This document shows, piece by piece, positions 10,451 through 20,524 of a DNA stretch of 64,000 bases. The stretch is from a virus. Every line of letters starts with the position of its first letter. Within the stretch, counting starts at the first letter, position 1. Under the pieces are notes generated by a model. The model made no database searches, was not told where the DNA came from, and saw nothing but the letters and a program-made list of their open reading frames with translations. The position numbers were made by a program, and so were the translations under genes. The stretch lies in the IMG/VR virus record IMGVR_UViG_3300018080_005419; one strand, given 5' to 3'.

Positions 10451-10852
10451 TTGTCAATTATGTTTAGGATACTTGTTGGTTTTATTCTTATTTTGAGTTA
10501 TTCTGGCAATATTAATAATGATAAAAAGCCATATTATGTTGAGGTAAGGGCAACAGCATATTGTCCTTGTGAAAAATGTTGTGGAAAATTTGCAGACGGT
10601 ACAACATCAACAGGTAGAGACGCTTATTTACCAGGAATAGCAGTAGATCCAAAGAAAATACCCTTAGGAAGCCATGTGGATATTCCAGGATACAAAAGAG
10701 GCCCAAATAAAAATGGTTCTTGGATTTTATGTGACGATGTAGGTGGAAAAATTAAAGACTGGCATATAGATGTTCGATTTAAAACACATCAAGAAGCTTT
10801 AAACTGGGGTGTAAAAAGGGTTAAGATTCGAGTGCATCCTAAAGCAAACTAG
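10451..10852 (+). CDS. 3D (Asp-Asp-Asp) domain cell-wall-binding/lytic transglycosylase-like protein
   Basis: ATAYCPC..TSTG..IAVDP..IPLGS..DDVGG.IK..HIDV; N-terminal hydrophobic signal. Confidence 0.88.
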   Translation: MSIMFRILVGFILILSYSGNINNDKKPYYVEVRATAYCPCEKCCGKFADGTTSTGRDAYLPGIAVDPKKIPLGSHVDIPGYKRGPNKNGSWILCDDVGGKIKDWHIDVRFKTHQEALNWGVKRVKIRVHPKAN

Positions 10853-11222
10853 CTATTTTAAGGATTCTAGCCACTCTTTTATAGCGGTATTTAGGACGGA
10901 TATAACGATTAAAATATCTTCCTTTAGAGGGCGCTTCAAGTAACTTCTGTACTATTTCTTCTGGAACATTAGCGTACTGAAATATACCTCTTTTATGGAA
11001 TCTAATCTCCAGCAATCTTTTACGTTTATTATATCGAATACTATCTATTGTTCGTGAATCATTGCCTATTTCGAACTCTTTAAATCCTGTCCACTTTTCT
11101 TTAATCCAATCTTTAACTCTTTGTAGAATTCCGCCCTGAGCAATAATAATTTTAACATCACCAGTATAATCTGATGATGTCAAAAGTTTAGAAGACCTGA
11201 CTATATAAATTTCATTAGCCAT
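10839..11222 (-). CDS. KTSC domain protein
   Basis: SRTIDSIRY..LLEIRF..G.FQYANVP....LL.APSKGRYFNRYIR. Confidence 0.88.
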   Translation of the reverse strand: MANEIYIVRSSKLLTSSDYTGDVKIIIAQGGILQRVKDWIKEKWTGFKEFEIGNDSRTIDSIRYNKRKRLLEIRFHKRGIFQYANVPEEIVQKLLEAPSKGRYFNRYIRPKYRYKRVARILKIASLL

Positions 11223-11595
11223 TTGTGTTATTTTTATTTTCCCACTCCTCTGCCATCATTTGTTTTGCAAGCATTCTACCTACATAGCTTTCACGAGATA
11301 GTTTTGAGGCAATCTTTTTATATGGGTATTTATCAGGGTCACTTCGAATGTTTTTATAGAAGTATTTTCCGTATGATTCTGCATCTAATAAATTTTGAAC
11401 AGTTTTAGGATCTACATTTTCATATTGATACTCTCTGTCGCCTTTAAAGCGAATTTTAAGAATTTTTTTATTTTCGTCATATTGGATAGCTGTAATAGAG
11501 CTAGATCCCTCTAATTTCTTCCAATCCTTTATATCTTCAAGAGTCAATTTTGGTTTTTCATCATTAGGCATAACTGTATCTCCTTGTTGAATCAA
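11215..11595 (-). CDS. KTSC domain protein
   Basis: SSSITAIQYD..LKIRFK...YQYENV......LL.AESYGKYFYKNIR. Confidence 0.88.
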   Translation of the reverse strand: MIQQGDTVMPNDEKPKLTLEDIKDWKKLEGSSSITAIQYDENKKILKIRFKGDREYQYENVDPKTVQNLLDAESYGKYFYKNIRSDPDKYPYKKIASKLSRESYVGRMLAKQMMAEEWENKNNTNG

Positions 11596-11695
11596 TTGTT
11601 TAAGTGTCTTCTTCTAATGGATAAAAAATAAAAAGAAAATGACAGTCTAAAATTGATTGTCATTTTCTTAATATAAACTGTTATGTGAAAAAACT

Positions 11696-12013
11696 TTATG
11701 AAATTTTAAACTCTTCTCCTAATTTGTCAACTTCCACAACAATTTTAACAATCTCTGAATCATTTAAGAAAAAACAGCCAATTTTAATAGGTTTTCCAAA
11801 CAGATCTACTTTGCTGTCAAACTTCATATCAGTCCAAACTATATTGTCTTTTTGAAGGATAAAAATTCTTCCTTTGAAACTATCAGTAATAAAATCTTCT
11901 TCTACTTTATAAAAAGAAAAGTTATCTTTGAAATTATCTATGATTACTTTAGGAAGAACTATCTCCATCTTTCTCTCCAATCCAATCTCTAAATTTTTGA
12001 AACGCTTCTTCAT
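11696..12013 (-). CDS. Hypothetical protein
   Basis: 105-aa ORF, ATGA overlap with tmk. Confidence 0.65.
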   Translation of the reverse strand: MKKRFKNLEIGLERKMEIVLPKVIIDNFKDNFSFYKVEEDFITDSFKGRIFILQKDNIVWTDMKFDSKVDLFGKPIKIGCFFLNDSEIVKIVVEVDKLGEEFKIS

Positions 12014-12630
12014 AGTTTAAAAATACTTTCGAGAATATTGTAAGTATCTTTTGCCACATCCTCAATCGACCTTGTTGCATCTACTAAATAAATATTGCTT
12101 CGTTGTTTTTGAAAATCTAAATATCTTTGCCTAACTGCTTCGAATAATTGGTCGCTCTTGCTCTCCATTCTGTCGCGTTTTTTCCCTGATCTTTCTCGGG
12201 CAACATTTACAGGAACGTCATATAGAATATACCAATCAGGCTCTAACCTTCCATTTAATACGGAACAAACTCTAAGAATATCAGCATCATCTTTCCAATC
12301 ACCAAAGACATATTGATAGACTTCTGTAGAAAGGTTATAACGGTCACAAAGAACATTTACTCCGCTACTTACTGCTGGTTCTATGTTTTCAGATAATAAT
12401 TGAGATCTTGCTGCTACATATAATAATAATTCTGCTTCTCTGCACATATTCGCATTTTTATTGTCTAACAGAACTTTTCTGATTTGCATTCCTACATCAG
12501 TACTACCCGGATCTACTTGTGCTGAAACAGGAAGTCCCTTATCTTCTAGAAATTGTTTCGCATGTGTTAACGCTGTACTTTTACCACACCCATCAATACC
12601 CTCAAAAACAATAAATTTTCCTCTATCCAT
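12010..12630 (-). CDS. tmk: Thymidylate kinase
   Basis: FIVFEGIDGCGKST P-loop, LLYVAARSQ, VLCDRY. Confidence 0.93.
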   Translation of the reverse strand: MDRGKFIVFEGIDGCGKSTALTHAKQFLEDKGLPVSAQVDPGSTDVGMQIRKVLLDNKNANMCREAELLLYVAARSQLLSENIEPAVSSGVNVLCDRYNLSTEVYQYVFGDWKDDADILRVCSVLNGRLEPDWYILYDVPVNVARERSGKKRDRMESKSDQLFEAVRQRYLDFQKQRSNIYLVDATRSIEDVAKDTYNILESIFKL

Positions 12631-13336
12631 GTTTCTTTCCTTTCTTTTTAGCTTTGGATGACCTTTTTAAATTGCCTTCTTCATCTCGTACAAATGGCAA
12701 TTGAAGTCTTTTAGCTAATTGATGCACTATCTTGGCAAAACCTTTAAAACTTCTACATGTGCTAACTAAACCATGCGGATCTTCAAATCGACTATCCTCA
12801 TTGTAAGGTTGTAGACGCTGAACTACATTGATACCTTCATTAATATAATCTTGAATAGTTCTTGGTTGATCTTCTATCGCTAAATCTGCTTCTATATGTT
12901 TGGCGATTGTTCCTTTATTTAAACCAGGACATAAGACAATATGTCCCCATTTAATGTGCTGATCTGGCTCTCTTAAAATAGTACAACCATTAAAGGGTAT
13001 TTTGTGTTTTTCGAAATATTGAATTGTCTTTCTTTTCGCAGATTCAGGACGACTAGATAAATAAATAATATCGTGTAATTTAAATAACTTTTGTAAAACT
13101 TTGGGAACATCTTTGTAGATATCAATAGAATCCCAAAATCCAATTTCAACAAACTCATCGAATGCTTGATAAAACTGATCCTTTGTAAGTTTTACTTCGT
13201 CGTTATATACAAAGTCCCATACAATATAATCTTTAAATTTATAAGCACATCGATATCTGAAATTAAGATATTCAACCATCAATTCGGCAAATCCACAAAT
13301 AACATTATCAATATCTACAAGCAACTTAAGTTTCAT
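12623..13336 (-). CDS. 5'(3')-deoxyribonucleotidase, HAD family
   Basis: LLVDIDNVI motif I, YLSSRP motif II, IEDQP. Confidence 0.8.
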   Translation of the reverse strand: MKLKLLVDIDNVICGFAELMVEYLNFRYRCAYKFKDYIVWDFVYNDEVKLTKDQFYQAFDEFVEIGFWDSIDIYKDVPKVLQKLFKLHDIIYLSSRPESAKRKTIQYFEKHKIPFNGCTILREPDQHIKWGHIVLCPGLNKGTIAKHIEADLAIEDQPRTIQDYINEGINVVQRLQPYNEDSRFEDPHGLVSTCRSFKGFAKIVHQLAKRLQLPFVRDEEGNLKRSSKAKKKGKKHG

Positions 13337-13341
13337 TTTTA

Positions 13342-14214
13342 TTACTCTTTCTCTTTTGGTAAATCAAATGGCAATTTTGATGTTGTAAAACCAGCTGCCC
13401 CTTTATGTCCTCCTCCTCCATATTTTTCTGCAATTATCGAACAATCTACATGGAGTTGAGTTGAATATATAGAAAAAGTCCACGCTCTACTTCTGCCACA
13501 ATACTGAAAAGAAATCATCGCGTCATAATTTTTGTTTTTAAATATCTGAAATAAAAGAGAGCCTCCATCTCTTCGATTAGCAGCAATACAATTTAAACCT
13601 TCAAATTCTACTTCAAATGCGTATTCTTCTGCGTATTCTTTTCTATATTTTTCAATCGATGCTCTAACTCTTTCGCCAACTATGCACAACTCATCAACTT
13701 TCTTTTTTGCCGACTTACTATTATTTAACACTTCACTCCAAAAATGATTGCTTTCGGGATTTAAATTGGCATATTCTACAAAATCTAAAGCCGCAATTAG
13801 ATTTTTTGTTTGGTCCCCGTGTCTATATTTCCAAGCATCAAAATCTGAAACCAACTTAACAAATAAAGGAATATCTACTTTAGGATAGCAAAAACTCCAA
13901 GTTAAACGGCAAGCAGCTGGATCTGAACTACCTCTTTTCCCACCTAAAAACTCAAAATCTTTAAATTTGCGAATTGAAGAAGCATGGTGGTCAATCCAAA
14001 TAAAGTATGGAGTTAGATTGTGAATATGTTCAAATATTTCTACTTTGTCTGGAGAATAATCAACTACATAAACTTTTTCTTTTTTTGTAATTTTTTCGAC
14101 CGGGAAAGGAAGGTTGTATCCTACGGGAATAAATTTTTTCACTTTGAATTTCTTATTGACAATTGCCGCTGAAGTAATTCCGTCTAAATCGTTGTGATAA
14201 AAGCAAACCGACAT
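13342..14214 (-). CDS. DHH/DHHA1 phosphoesterase (nanoRNase-like)
   Basis: YHNDLDG, VVDYS, WIDHH, GGGGHKGAAGF. Confidence 0.9.
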   Translation of the reverse strand: MSVCFYHNDLDGITSAAIVNKKFKVKKFIPVGYNLPFPVEKITKKEKVYVVDYSPDKVEIFEHIHNLTPYFIWIDHHASSIRKFKDFEFLGGKRGSSDPAACRLTWSFCYPKVDIPLFVKLVSDFDAWKYRHGDQTKNLIAALDFVEYANLNPESNHFWSEVLNNSKSAKKKVDELCIVGERVRASIEKYRKEYAEEYAFEVEFEGLNCIAANRRDGGSLLFQIFKNKNYDAMISFQYCGRSRAWTFSIYSTQLHVDCSIIAEKYGGGGHKGAAGFTTSKLPFDLPKEKE

Positions 14215-14256
14215 CTTTTCTCCTTTCTTATATTATATTCCTGTATTTACATAAGT

Positions 14257-14292
14257 TAAAAGAAAATCCCCAGCATTGTTTCGCCGGGGATT
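14257..14292 (-). terminator. Rho-independent terminator after the radical SAM gene
   Basis: AATCCCC/GGGGATT stem followed by TTCTTTT on the minus strand. Confidence 0.6.
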
Positions 14293-14319
14293 GAACAGAT
14301 TAATTTTAACATTTAACAC

Positions 14320-15474
14320 TTAGTTCATAGGAATGTCAAACTCTTCTATCCTCTTGTTCATATTGTCGAGATTGATGTCTTTAAAAATTAAACAAGGTCT
14401 ACATCCGTCTATTTCTGTTTCTAACGCTATCTTTCTATATTTGCTCAATTTGTCAGAATACCAAACATCTTTAAGAAAATCATCACAATTCAAAACGGAT
14501 ATACCCTCTTTCCACTCACATTCTCCTTCGGCAAAACTACAAGGAAAGAAGTCTCCATGAACATTAATATAAGAACTGAAAATTCCAAAAGATTCACAAC
14601 TCTCAGACATGGCAAGATATAACTTTTTATGCTCGTTCTCTATTCGCGAATTACGAACAAACTCATCAAACTTTGGCGCACTACACGAATCGAAACCTAT
14701 ACTAAGATCTTGAGACAAAGCACGATCTAATAATCTTTCAAACGAACTATTTGATAAAACACGAAAACCATTATCTTTTGCTCTACCTTTTGGTTTAAGG
14801 CCTAGAAATACTATACAATTTAGATTTCTTAGTCTTTGGTCTTTTTTGCTGTCTTCTAATACTTCATAAACAAATTGTTGTGTTTCTGCTGCTACTACTA
14901 TATGAATATTTATCTGTTCCATGCCCTTGTTTGTTAATAATTCAACTGTGTCATAACATATATTCTTATCTGTTTGAGATACACTAACGGCAATAGCACC
15001 AGCATATTGATTTAATTTTGTAGCTAAATCGTCGTCAAGATCTATTCCACTTAAAGTTAGATTTGGAATGATACCTGATTCACGAGTATATGACATAATA
15101 TTGAAAAGGTCTGGATTGGTTTTAAGGTCTGTAATTCCAAGAGCAATTTGAGTTAAACATTTAGGCATTTTATCTAAGATTTTCTTAAATGTTTCTAGAT
15201 TCATATTGGTAGGGAAATTTGATGTGTTGTCTTTATAACAGTATTTACATTTCTGACTACAACCCCCTGTACTAATTTCAATATCTAATATCTCTGGCCC
15301 TATAGGAGAGAATTTTGGGTTATCTTCTTTTGTCTTTCCCCATCTAGCAAAGAATCCGTTTGACTTGTTAAAAATATAATTATAGTCCGGACCCTTACAT
15401 TGTTTAGATTCCAATGTTTCCAGAATTGTATATTTTAAGGATGGGCAAATTTGATATTGGTAGACTTTATTCAT
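14320..15474 (-). CDS. Radical SAM protein with C-terminal SPASM/twitch-like region
   Basis: CSQKCKYCY (CxxxCxxC); C-terminal SCES..YINVHGDFFPCSF..CRPC. Confidence 0.9.
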   Translation of the reverse strand: MNKVYQYQICPSLKYTILETLESKQCKGPDYNYIFNKSNGFFARWGKTKEDNPKFSPIGPEILDIEISTGGCSQKCKYCYKDNTSNFPTNMNLETFKKILDKMPKCLTQIALGITDLKTNPDLFNIMSYTRESGIIPNLTLSGIDLDDDLATKLNQYAGAIAVSVSQTDKNICYDTVELLTNKGMEQINIHIVVAAETQQFVYEVLEDSKKDQRLRNLNCIVFLGLKPKGRAKDNGFRVLSNSSFERLLDRALSQDLSIGFDSCSAPKFDEFVRNSRIENEHKKLYLAMSESCESFGIFSSYINVHGDFFPCSFAEGECEWKEGISVLNCDDFLKDVWYSDKLSKYRKIALETEIDGCRPCLIFKDINLDNMNKRIEEFDIPMN

Positions 15475-16216
15475 TGTTTTTAAGAAATTCAGGCCCCATT
15501 AAAGCAATACATATATCTTCAACAGACTTAGTTAATTCTTTTTTTAACTCCTCTTTGTTTTTTGTATTTTTGCTATGTAGATTTTTAGCATTTTTAACTG
15601 CTTGTCTTAATTTATGCTGCAAAAATAAAAACTCTTTTTCATATTCTTCATCTTCGAATTTAAATTGATCTGTCGCTCTTTTCTCGTCTTTTTCTTTCTC
15701 TTTTAATTTTTGAGTATAACATTGCAAACAAACTTTCTTACCTTTATCTTCCCCTCTTGTTAAAATTACATATTCACCGTGGCATCCATTATTTTCGCAA
15801 TATCTATTATATAAAGGAGAGCATAAACGATAATGTATTGCTTTATCTGCATCGTAATACTCTTTTACTGCGGTTACATCATCACATCTTGGCCAATCAT
15901 CTTCTGGTAACGGTATTAATTCATCTATTAAATTAAAGGGATGATTGTTACAAGTGTTAACAAAATAAACATCTTTATCTTTGTATTTACCAGGAAAGAT
16001 ATGTGTGTCAAAATTTGTAGATAAAAAGGTAATTGCAGCATCTTTGGGTAGAATGTCTTTGACTATTTCCAAATTTTCTAATGTTTTCTCATCATATTTA
16101 AAGTCTCTCATCATCACCATAGACATCGCAATTTCAGTTGTATTTTTAACATTATTAACTGGAACCCGATATGATGCCGTAGATGAATTAGAAACAAAAC
16201 CCAATCTAATCTTCAT
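15467..16216 (-). CDS. Hypothetical protein with N-terminal MKIRxGFVSNSS motif
   Basis: Begins MKIRLGFVSNSSTAS; overlaps the radical SAM start. Confidence 0.75.
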   Translation of the reverse strand: MKIRLGFVSNSSTASYRVPVNNVKNTTEIAMSMVMMRDFKYDEKTLENLEIVKDILPKDAAITFLSTNFDTHIFPGKYKDKDVYFVNTCNNHPFNLIDELIPLPEDDWPRCDDVTAVKEYYDADKAIHYRLCSPLYNRYCENNGCHGEYVILTRGEDKGKKVCLQCYTQKLKEKEKDEKRATDQFKFEDEEYEKEFLFLQHKLRQAVKNAKNLHSKNTKNKEELKKELTKSVEDICIALMGPEFLKNNE

Positions 16217-16824
16217 TTTCTTGACCTCTTATTGATAGGGATAAATGTCTTGGTATCCATTTTTGCTTTTACTTGTCCAAACGATACTGGATAATAATTC
16301 CAAGCATCTACTCCCACATCAAATGCTAGAACATTATCAAACTCTGGCAATTTCCCGTGACTATGGCCGAATAAATTCCATATACCAAAGTGAGATCGAT
16401 CCCAAACCCTCATTGCATAGTGGCTTAGAAATATATCTTGTTTATATACCCTAATCATTGATCCTTGATGTTTGCCAGTTATAGACTCAAACCCTCTAGC
16501 CTTTTGAACTGCTGATTTGTCGTGATTCCCTAGTACAAGGTGAATTTTCCCATTAAGTCGTTTGATCAGTCTTTCAATAGCTATTCTGTCTTTAGAAAGT
16601 ACAAAATCTCCAACATGATAAACAGTGTCTTCTGGTTTAACAACAGAATTCCAATTAGCAATAAGATCCTCTGTCATCTCAATACCACGTTGTTTTTTAA
16701 TCTCTTCTGAAACCCATCTTCCCCTTTCATCAATATCGCCTTCTTGCAACCATGGCCTTTTGCAATAAAGTATGATATTAGAGTGCCAAAAATGATGGTC
16801 CCCGGAGAAAAATACATCACTCAC
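16213..16824 (-). CDS. Calcineurin-like metallophosphoesterase (phage type)
   Basis: GDHHFWH, VYHVGDF, LVLGNHD, LSHY, FGHSH, DVGVD. Confidence 0.9.
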   Translation of the reverse strand: MSDVFFSGDHHFWHSNIILYCKRPWLQEGDIDERGRWVSEEIKKQRGIEMTEDLIANWNSVVKPEDTVYHVGDFVLSKDRIAIERLIKRLNGKIHLVLGNHDKSAVQKARGFESITGKHQGSMIRVYKQDIFLSHYAMRVWDRSHFGIWNLFGHSHGKLPEFDNVLAFDVGVDAWNYYPVSFGQVKAKMDTKTFIPINKRSRK

Positions 16825-17053
16825 TTGTTTCTTCTTTCTTTAAAACAAACAAATTACAAGTACAGCGACCTTTTTCTTGAATGTCTTTTTCAAGCATAGG
16901 ACAAGGACATGGAGTTGGTTTTAATCTACAAGGACATAACCCACCCTTTTGATTCACTTTTTCTATAATTTTATCGGCTATATCTGACAATTCTAAGCTA
17001 AAATCCTCACACAATTTTTCGTAAAACTTTCTATCTCTTTCCAATTTATTCAT
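16817..17053 (-). CDS. Ferredoxin-thioredoxin reductase catalytic-subunit-like protein
   Basis: CPCR..CPCP..GRCTCNLF three-Cys-pair pattern. Confidence 0.75.
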   Translation of the reverse strand: MNKLERDRKFYEKLCEDFSLELSDIADKIIEKVNQKGGLCPCRLKPTPCPCPMLEKDIQEKGRCTCNLFVLKKEETSE

Positions 17054-17060
17054 TCCTTTA

Positions 17061-18170
17061 TTAATGCCAAAGATGCGACGAAAATCTTCCTACACGACTT
17101 TGCGGATCCCAAGAATATGGCTCTCTTGTCGTGCCAAATATTTCCAGCCTCATTTTCTTAATTTCTTGTTTCCATTTAATTATTTCGTCTTCTTTAAATC
17201 CATAATCTTCAGGATTTTCTCCGTAAATAATATCCTTTAGTTCGGTAAAAGATCCAAACAATTTTTCAATTTGACCACGAGAAGGAAGAATTAATTCTGG
17301 ATGATCCTTTGAAAATTGTCTATATTGATTTCTTGTTTCTATTTTATTTTCTTTAAATGTCTCGATTAACAATTTCTTTATTCCTTTATATTCTTCTAAT
17401 TCTTCTTTTGCTTCTTTGTTGTCTTGAATATCGATAGCATTATTAATTTCTTCTGTCTTTTCTTTGGATTTTTCAACTTCTTCTTTGCTTAGTTCTTCTT
17501 GTATCTCTATCTTTATCGTCTCGTCAGGTTCTTCTTCGTTAACTTCTGTCTTTTCAAATAATATAGCATCAGTTACAATTTGAACAGTATCATTATTTTC
17601 GGGAATTATTTTTTCAGGGGTTTGCTGTACTTCTTTAGGCTTATCTTCTTCTATTTGTTTTGGAATGTCAATCGAAACAGATTCATCAGTATATATTATC
17701 TCTTTTAATTTAGAAAAAGAACCAAACAATTTCGATATTTTATGACAACTAGGAAGGTCTAATGTAGGATTGTTTTTAACAAATTTTCTGTATTGATCTC
17801 TTTTTTCTATTTTGTTTTCTTTAAAAATTCTTGTCAATTTTTCTTCTAAGGTTTCTTCTGATTTTTGCTCTGCTGTAATAATTGGAGTCTGAGTTTTTGA
17901 GGATTCTTTGGTTTTTTCAACAATTTCAGAAACAATTTTTGAAGCCAAATCTCTAAATGAAGATAAATTTTTCTTTTCTTCGATTTGAATTTTACCATTA
18001 ATCATTGCCTTCTTAAATTCAGCAAATGAGCCAAAATCTTTTCCAAGCACTGTGTCATTAGGAAGTTCCAACTCAGGTTTATTTCTTCTGAGAGCGCGAT
18101 AATCATCTCTAGTGTTTAACGAATTATTTTTCCATATAATCCTAAGTTGTTCAATTTTCTCAGGTGTCAT
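17061..18170 (-). CDS. Protein with three ~44-aa repeats (homing-endonuclease-associated-repeat-like) and acidic linkers
   Basis: Three copies of [FW]K.N.I.tR.qYR.f....P.L.LP.......FGSF..LK. Confidence 0.65.
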   Translation of the reverse strand: MTPEKIEQLRIIWKNNSLNTRDDYRALRRNKPELELPNDTVLGKDFGSFAEFKKAMINGKIQIEEKKNLSSFRDLASKIVSEIVEKTKESSKTQTPIITAEQKSEETLEEKLTRIFKENKIEKRDQYRKFVKNNPTLDLPSCHKISKLFGSFSKLKEIIYTDESVSIDIPKQIEEDKPKEVQQTPEKIIPENNDTVQIVTDAILFEKTEVNEEEPDETIKIEIQEELSKEEVEKSKEKTEEINNAIDIQDNKEAKEELEEYKGIKKLLIETFKENKIETRNQYRQFSKDHPELILPSRGQIEKLFGSFTELKDIIYGENPEDYGFKEDEIIKWKQEIKKMRLEIFGTTREPYSWDPQSRVGRFSSHLWH

Positions 18171-18279
18171 TCTTTATTCTCCTAATTATTCCCCTCATCC
18201 TCCTTATATCCAAATCTTTACAAAACAATTCAAAGATCGGGCAAAAGAATATATTAACACATTATCCACATTTGGCAAG

Positions 18280-18822
18280 TTATTTTTTTAAAGCTTTTGT
18301 TACAATGTTCATCAATTCGTCTCTTTCCTTGCAACTAACTAAATGATATTCTTGATTATTTTCTTTGAGATAATTAAGAATCACGTTGTCCATTTCAATT
18401 GCTTCTTCTAATGTTTGATATCGTCCATGCGCTTCATATGGATTGTCTCTTCTATCTAAAAATATATTAAGACTTGGATATTTTTCTTCAAATGCTTGGG
18501 CTAATTCTACTAACAATTTCCATTTCTCAAATCCATAATTTTGAGCATAGCAAGTGGCCATTCCTACGGGGGAATCTGTTACAACAATTTCTACTCCATT
18601 TCTTAAAACTAGATCTTCCATTCTAATTTGTTTAGCTAACAAATATACCTGATCAAAAGAGGAAACTGCTATATTTTGATACGCCCAGCTCTTGACGTAT
18701 TCTTGAACCTGCTCCACATTGTATTTCATCTCTTTCAGACGAGCATAAACATAAGCTGCACAAGTAGATTTTCCTGATCCTGGACCGCCAAATAAACAAA
18801 TACGTCTTATGTTTGTGGTCAT
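18280..18822 (-). CDS. NadR/AAA_28-like P-loop nucleotide kinase
   Basis: ICLFGGPGSGKST, QEYVK, VVTDSP, YEAHGRYQ. Confidence 0.78.
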   Translation of the reverse strand: MTTNIRRICLFGGPGSGKSTCAAYVYARLKEMKYNVEQVQEYVKSWAYQNIAVSSFDQVYLLAKQIRMEDLVLRNGVEIVVTDSPVGMATCYAQNYGFEKWKLLVELAQAFEEKYPSLNIFLDRRDNPYEAHGRYQTLEEAIEMDNVILNYLKENNQEYHLVSCKERDELMNIVTKALKK

Positions 18823-18824
18823 TT

Positions 18825-19367
18825 CTATTCCTTTTCTATATGTTTTGATAATAATTTGGTTATTCTTTTTAGATCATTTAATACAGTAAAATCATTTAAG
18901 TTTTTATTGATTCCATTCTTGATTAATTCTTCTGTCTTTGTTAATATTGATTTCGACTCAGACTCAATAACCTTAGTAAGATTGACTCCATTAGCAAAAA
19001 TGAACACTATTTTTTCACGAGCAATAGAAATCGAATTGGTTAAAACAAGCGCAAATTTCCCATGATATTCCTCAAAATCATATTCAAATTGAGCCATTGT
19101 TAAGTTTTCTTTTGTTTCTTCTTCAACTTCTATTTTTATTAGAAGACTATTAAGTAATTGTGCATAATTAAAATTGTTACTTAAAATTCTTTCAGATTTC
19201 CAATTACCAAAATTTAAAAGAGACAATCCACAATCACATTGATGAAATTCTACGTCACATTGGTCCATTGTACTCTCATATAATTGAACCATATCTGCTT
19301 GGCCACTTAACATTTTCCAAAAAATATAATTAAGGGCTTCATCTGTTGAATTTACTGTTGTGCTCAT
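18825..19367 (-). CDS. Hypothetical protein
   Basis: 180-aa ORF with RBS. Confidence 0.65.
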   Translation of the reverse strand: MSTTVNSTDEALNYIFWKMLSGQADMVQLYESTMDQCDVEFHQCDCGLSLLNFGNWKSERILSNNFNYAQLLNSLLIKIEVEEETKENLTMAQFEYDFEEYHGKFALVLTNSISIAREKIVFIFANGVNLTKVIESESKSILTKTEELIKNGINKNLNDFTVLNDLKRITKLLSKHIEKE

Positions 19368-19388
19368 TTCTTATTCTCCTTTTCTTCT

Positions 19389-20510
19389 TTAAATTGTTTT
19401 CCATACGTTTCTATTAACATAGTCAATATAACTCATAATTATTCTAACAACCTTCTTTGAAACATCTTTGCTATCATAATCCGGAACCATTCTAAATTGG
19501 TGTTTCTCCAAATAATGTTTACGAACAATTTCTATCGATTCAAATACTCTGTCATATTGCAAACCAGACATAATAATTGTACCTTGATCCATACCTTCTG
19601 GGCGTTCGTGGCTATCCCTAAGTGTTATAGCTGGAAATCTTAAAATGGATGATTCTTCTGTAATTGTTCCACTATCAGAAAGAACACAAGCAGCATGTTT
19701 TTGTAAATAGATATAATCAAAAAATCCAAGAGGTTTAATAAAATTAATTCTGGAATCTGTTATACTAAATCCATTTTCATCTAAACGTTTTTGTGTTCTG
19801 GGATGTGTTGAAATAATAATTGGAAAATCGTGATGCTTTGCTAACTTTTCTATTGTCGTTACTAGTTCATTCAATCGCAAAGGAGAATCGACATTTTCTT
19901 CTCGATGAATGCTGACAACAAAATAACTATTGTCTTTTAATTTTAATTTTTCTAATACACCTGATTCTGCTATTTTGTCTTTGTAGTGCTCCAGAACTTC
20001 AAACATAGGAGATCCAGTTTTCATTATAAATTGAGATTGGATTCCTTCAGATAAAAGATGTCTTCTCGCATGTTCAGTATAGACAAGATTAATGTCGCTA
20101 ATATGATCAACAATTCTTCGATTTATCTCTTCCGGAACGCACTCATCAAAACTTCTATTTCCTGCTTCCATATGAAAAATGGGAACTTTACATCTTTTAG
20201 CAGAAATAGCAGAAAGGCAACTATTTGTATCCCCTAAAATCAAAAGAGCATCTGGTTTTTCTTTTTTAAGAATTAGATAAGATTTCTCTATAATTTTACC
20301 TAAAGTTTCCCCCAAATTCGACCCAACAACTTCTAAAAAATGATCCGGCTTTCTAATCTTTAAATCTTTGAAGAATATTCCATTTAATTCCCAATCATAA
20401 TTTTGCCCTGTATGAATTAAAACGTGATTAGCAGTTTGATCAAGTTCTGCTACTACACGAGATAGCTTTATTAATTCTGGACGAGTACCAACAATAGTGG
20501 CAATCTTCAT
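19389..20510 (-). CDS. wecB: UDP-N-acetylhexosamine 2-epimerase, FnlC/WbjD/Cap5G type
   Basis: VGTRPELIKL, HTGQNYD, GDTNS, FHMEAGNRSFD..PEEINR, SDSGTITEE. Confidence 0.92.
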   Translation of the reverse strand: MKIATIVGTRPELIKLSRVVAELDQTANHVLIHTGQNYDWELNGIFFKDLKIRKPDHFLEVVGSNLGETLGKIIEKSYLILKKEKPDALLILGDTNSCLSAISAKRCKVPIFHMEAGNRSFDECVPEEINRRIVDHISDINLVYTEHARRHLLSEGIQSQFIMKTGSPMFEVLEHYKDKIAESGVLEKLKLKDNSYFVVSIHREENVDSPLRLNELVTTIEKLAKHHDFPIIISTHPRTQKRLDENGFSITDSRINFIKPLGFFDYIYLQKHAACVLSDSGTITEESSILRFPAITLRDSHERPEGMDQGTIIMSGLQYDRVFESIEIVRKHYLEKHQFRMVPDYDSKDVSKKVVRIIMSYIDYVNRNVWKTI

Positions 20511-20524
20511 TTTATTTTATACCT

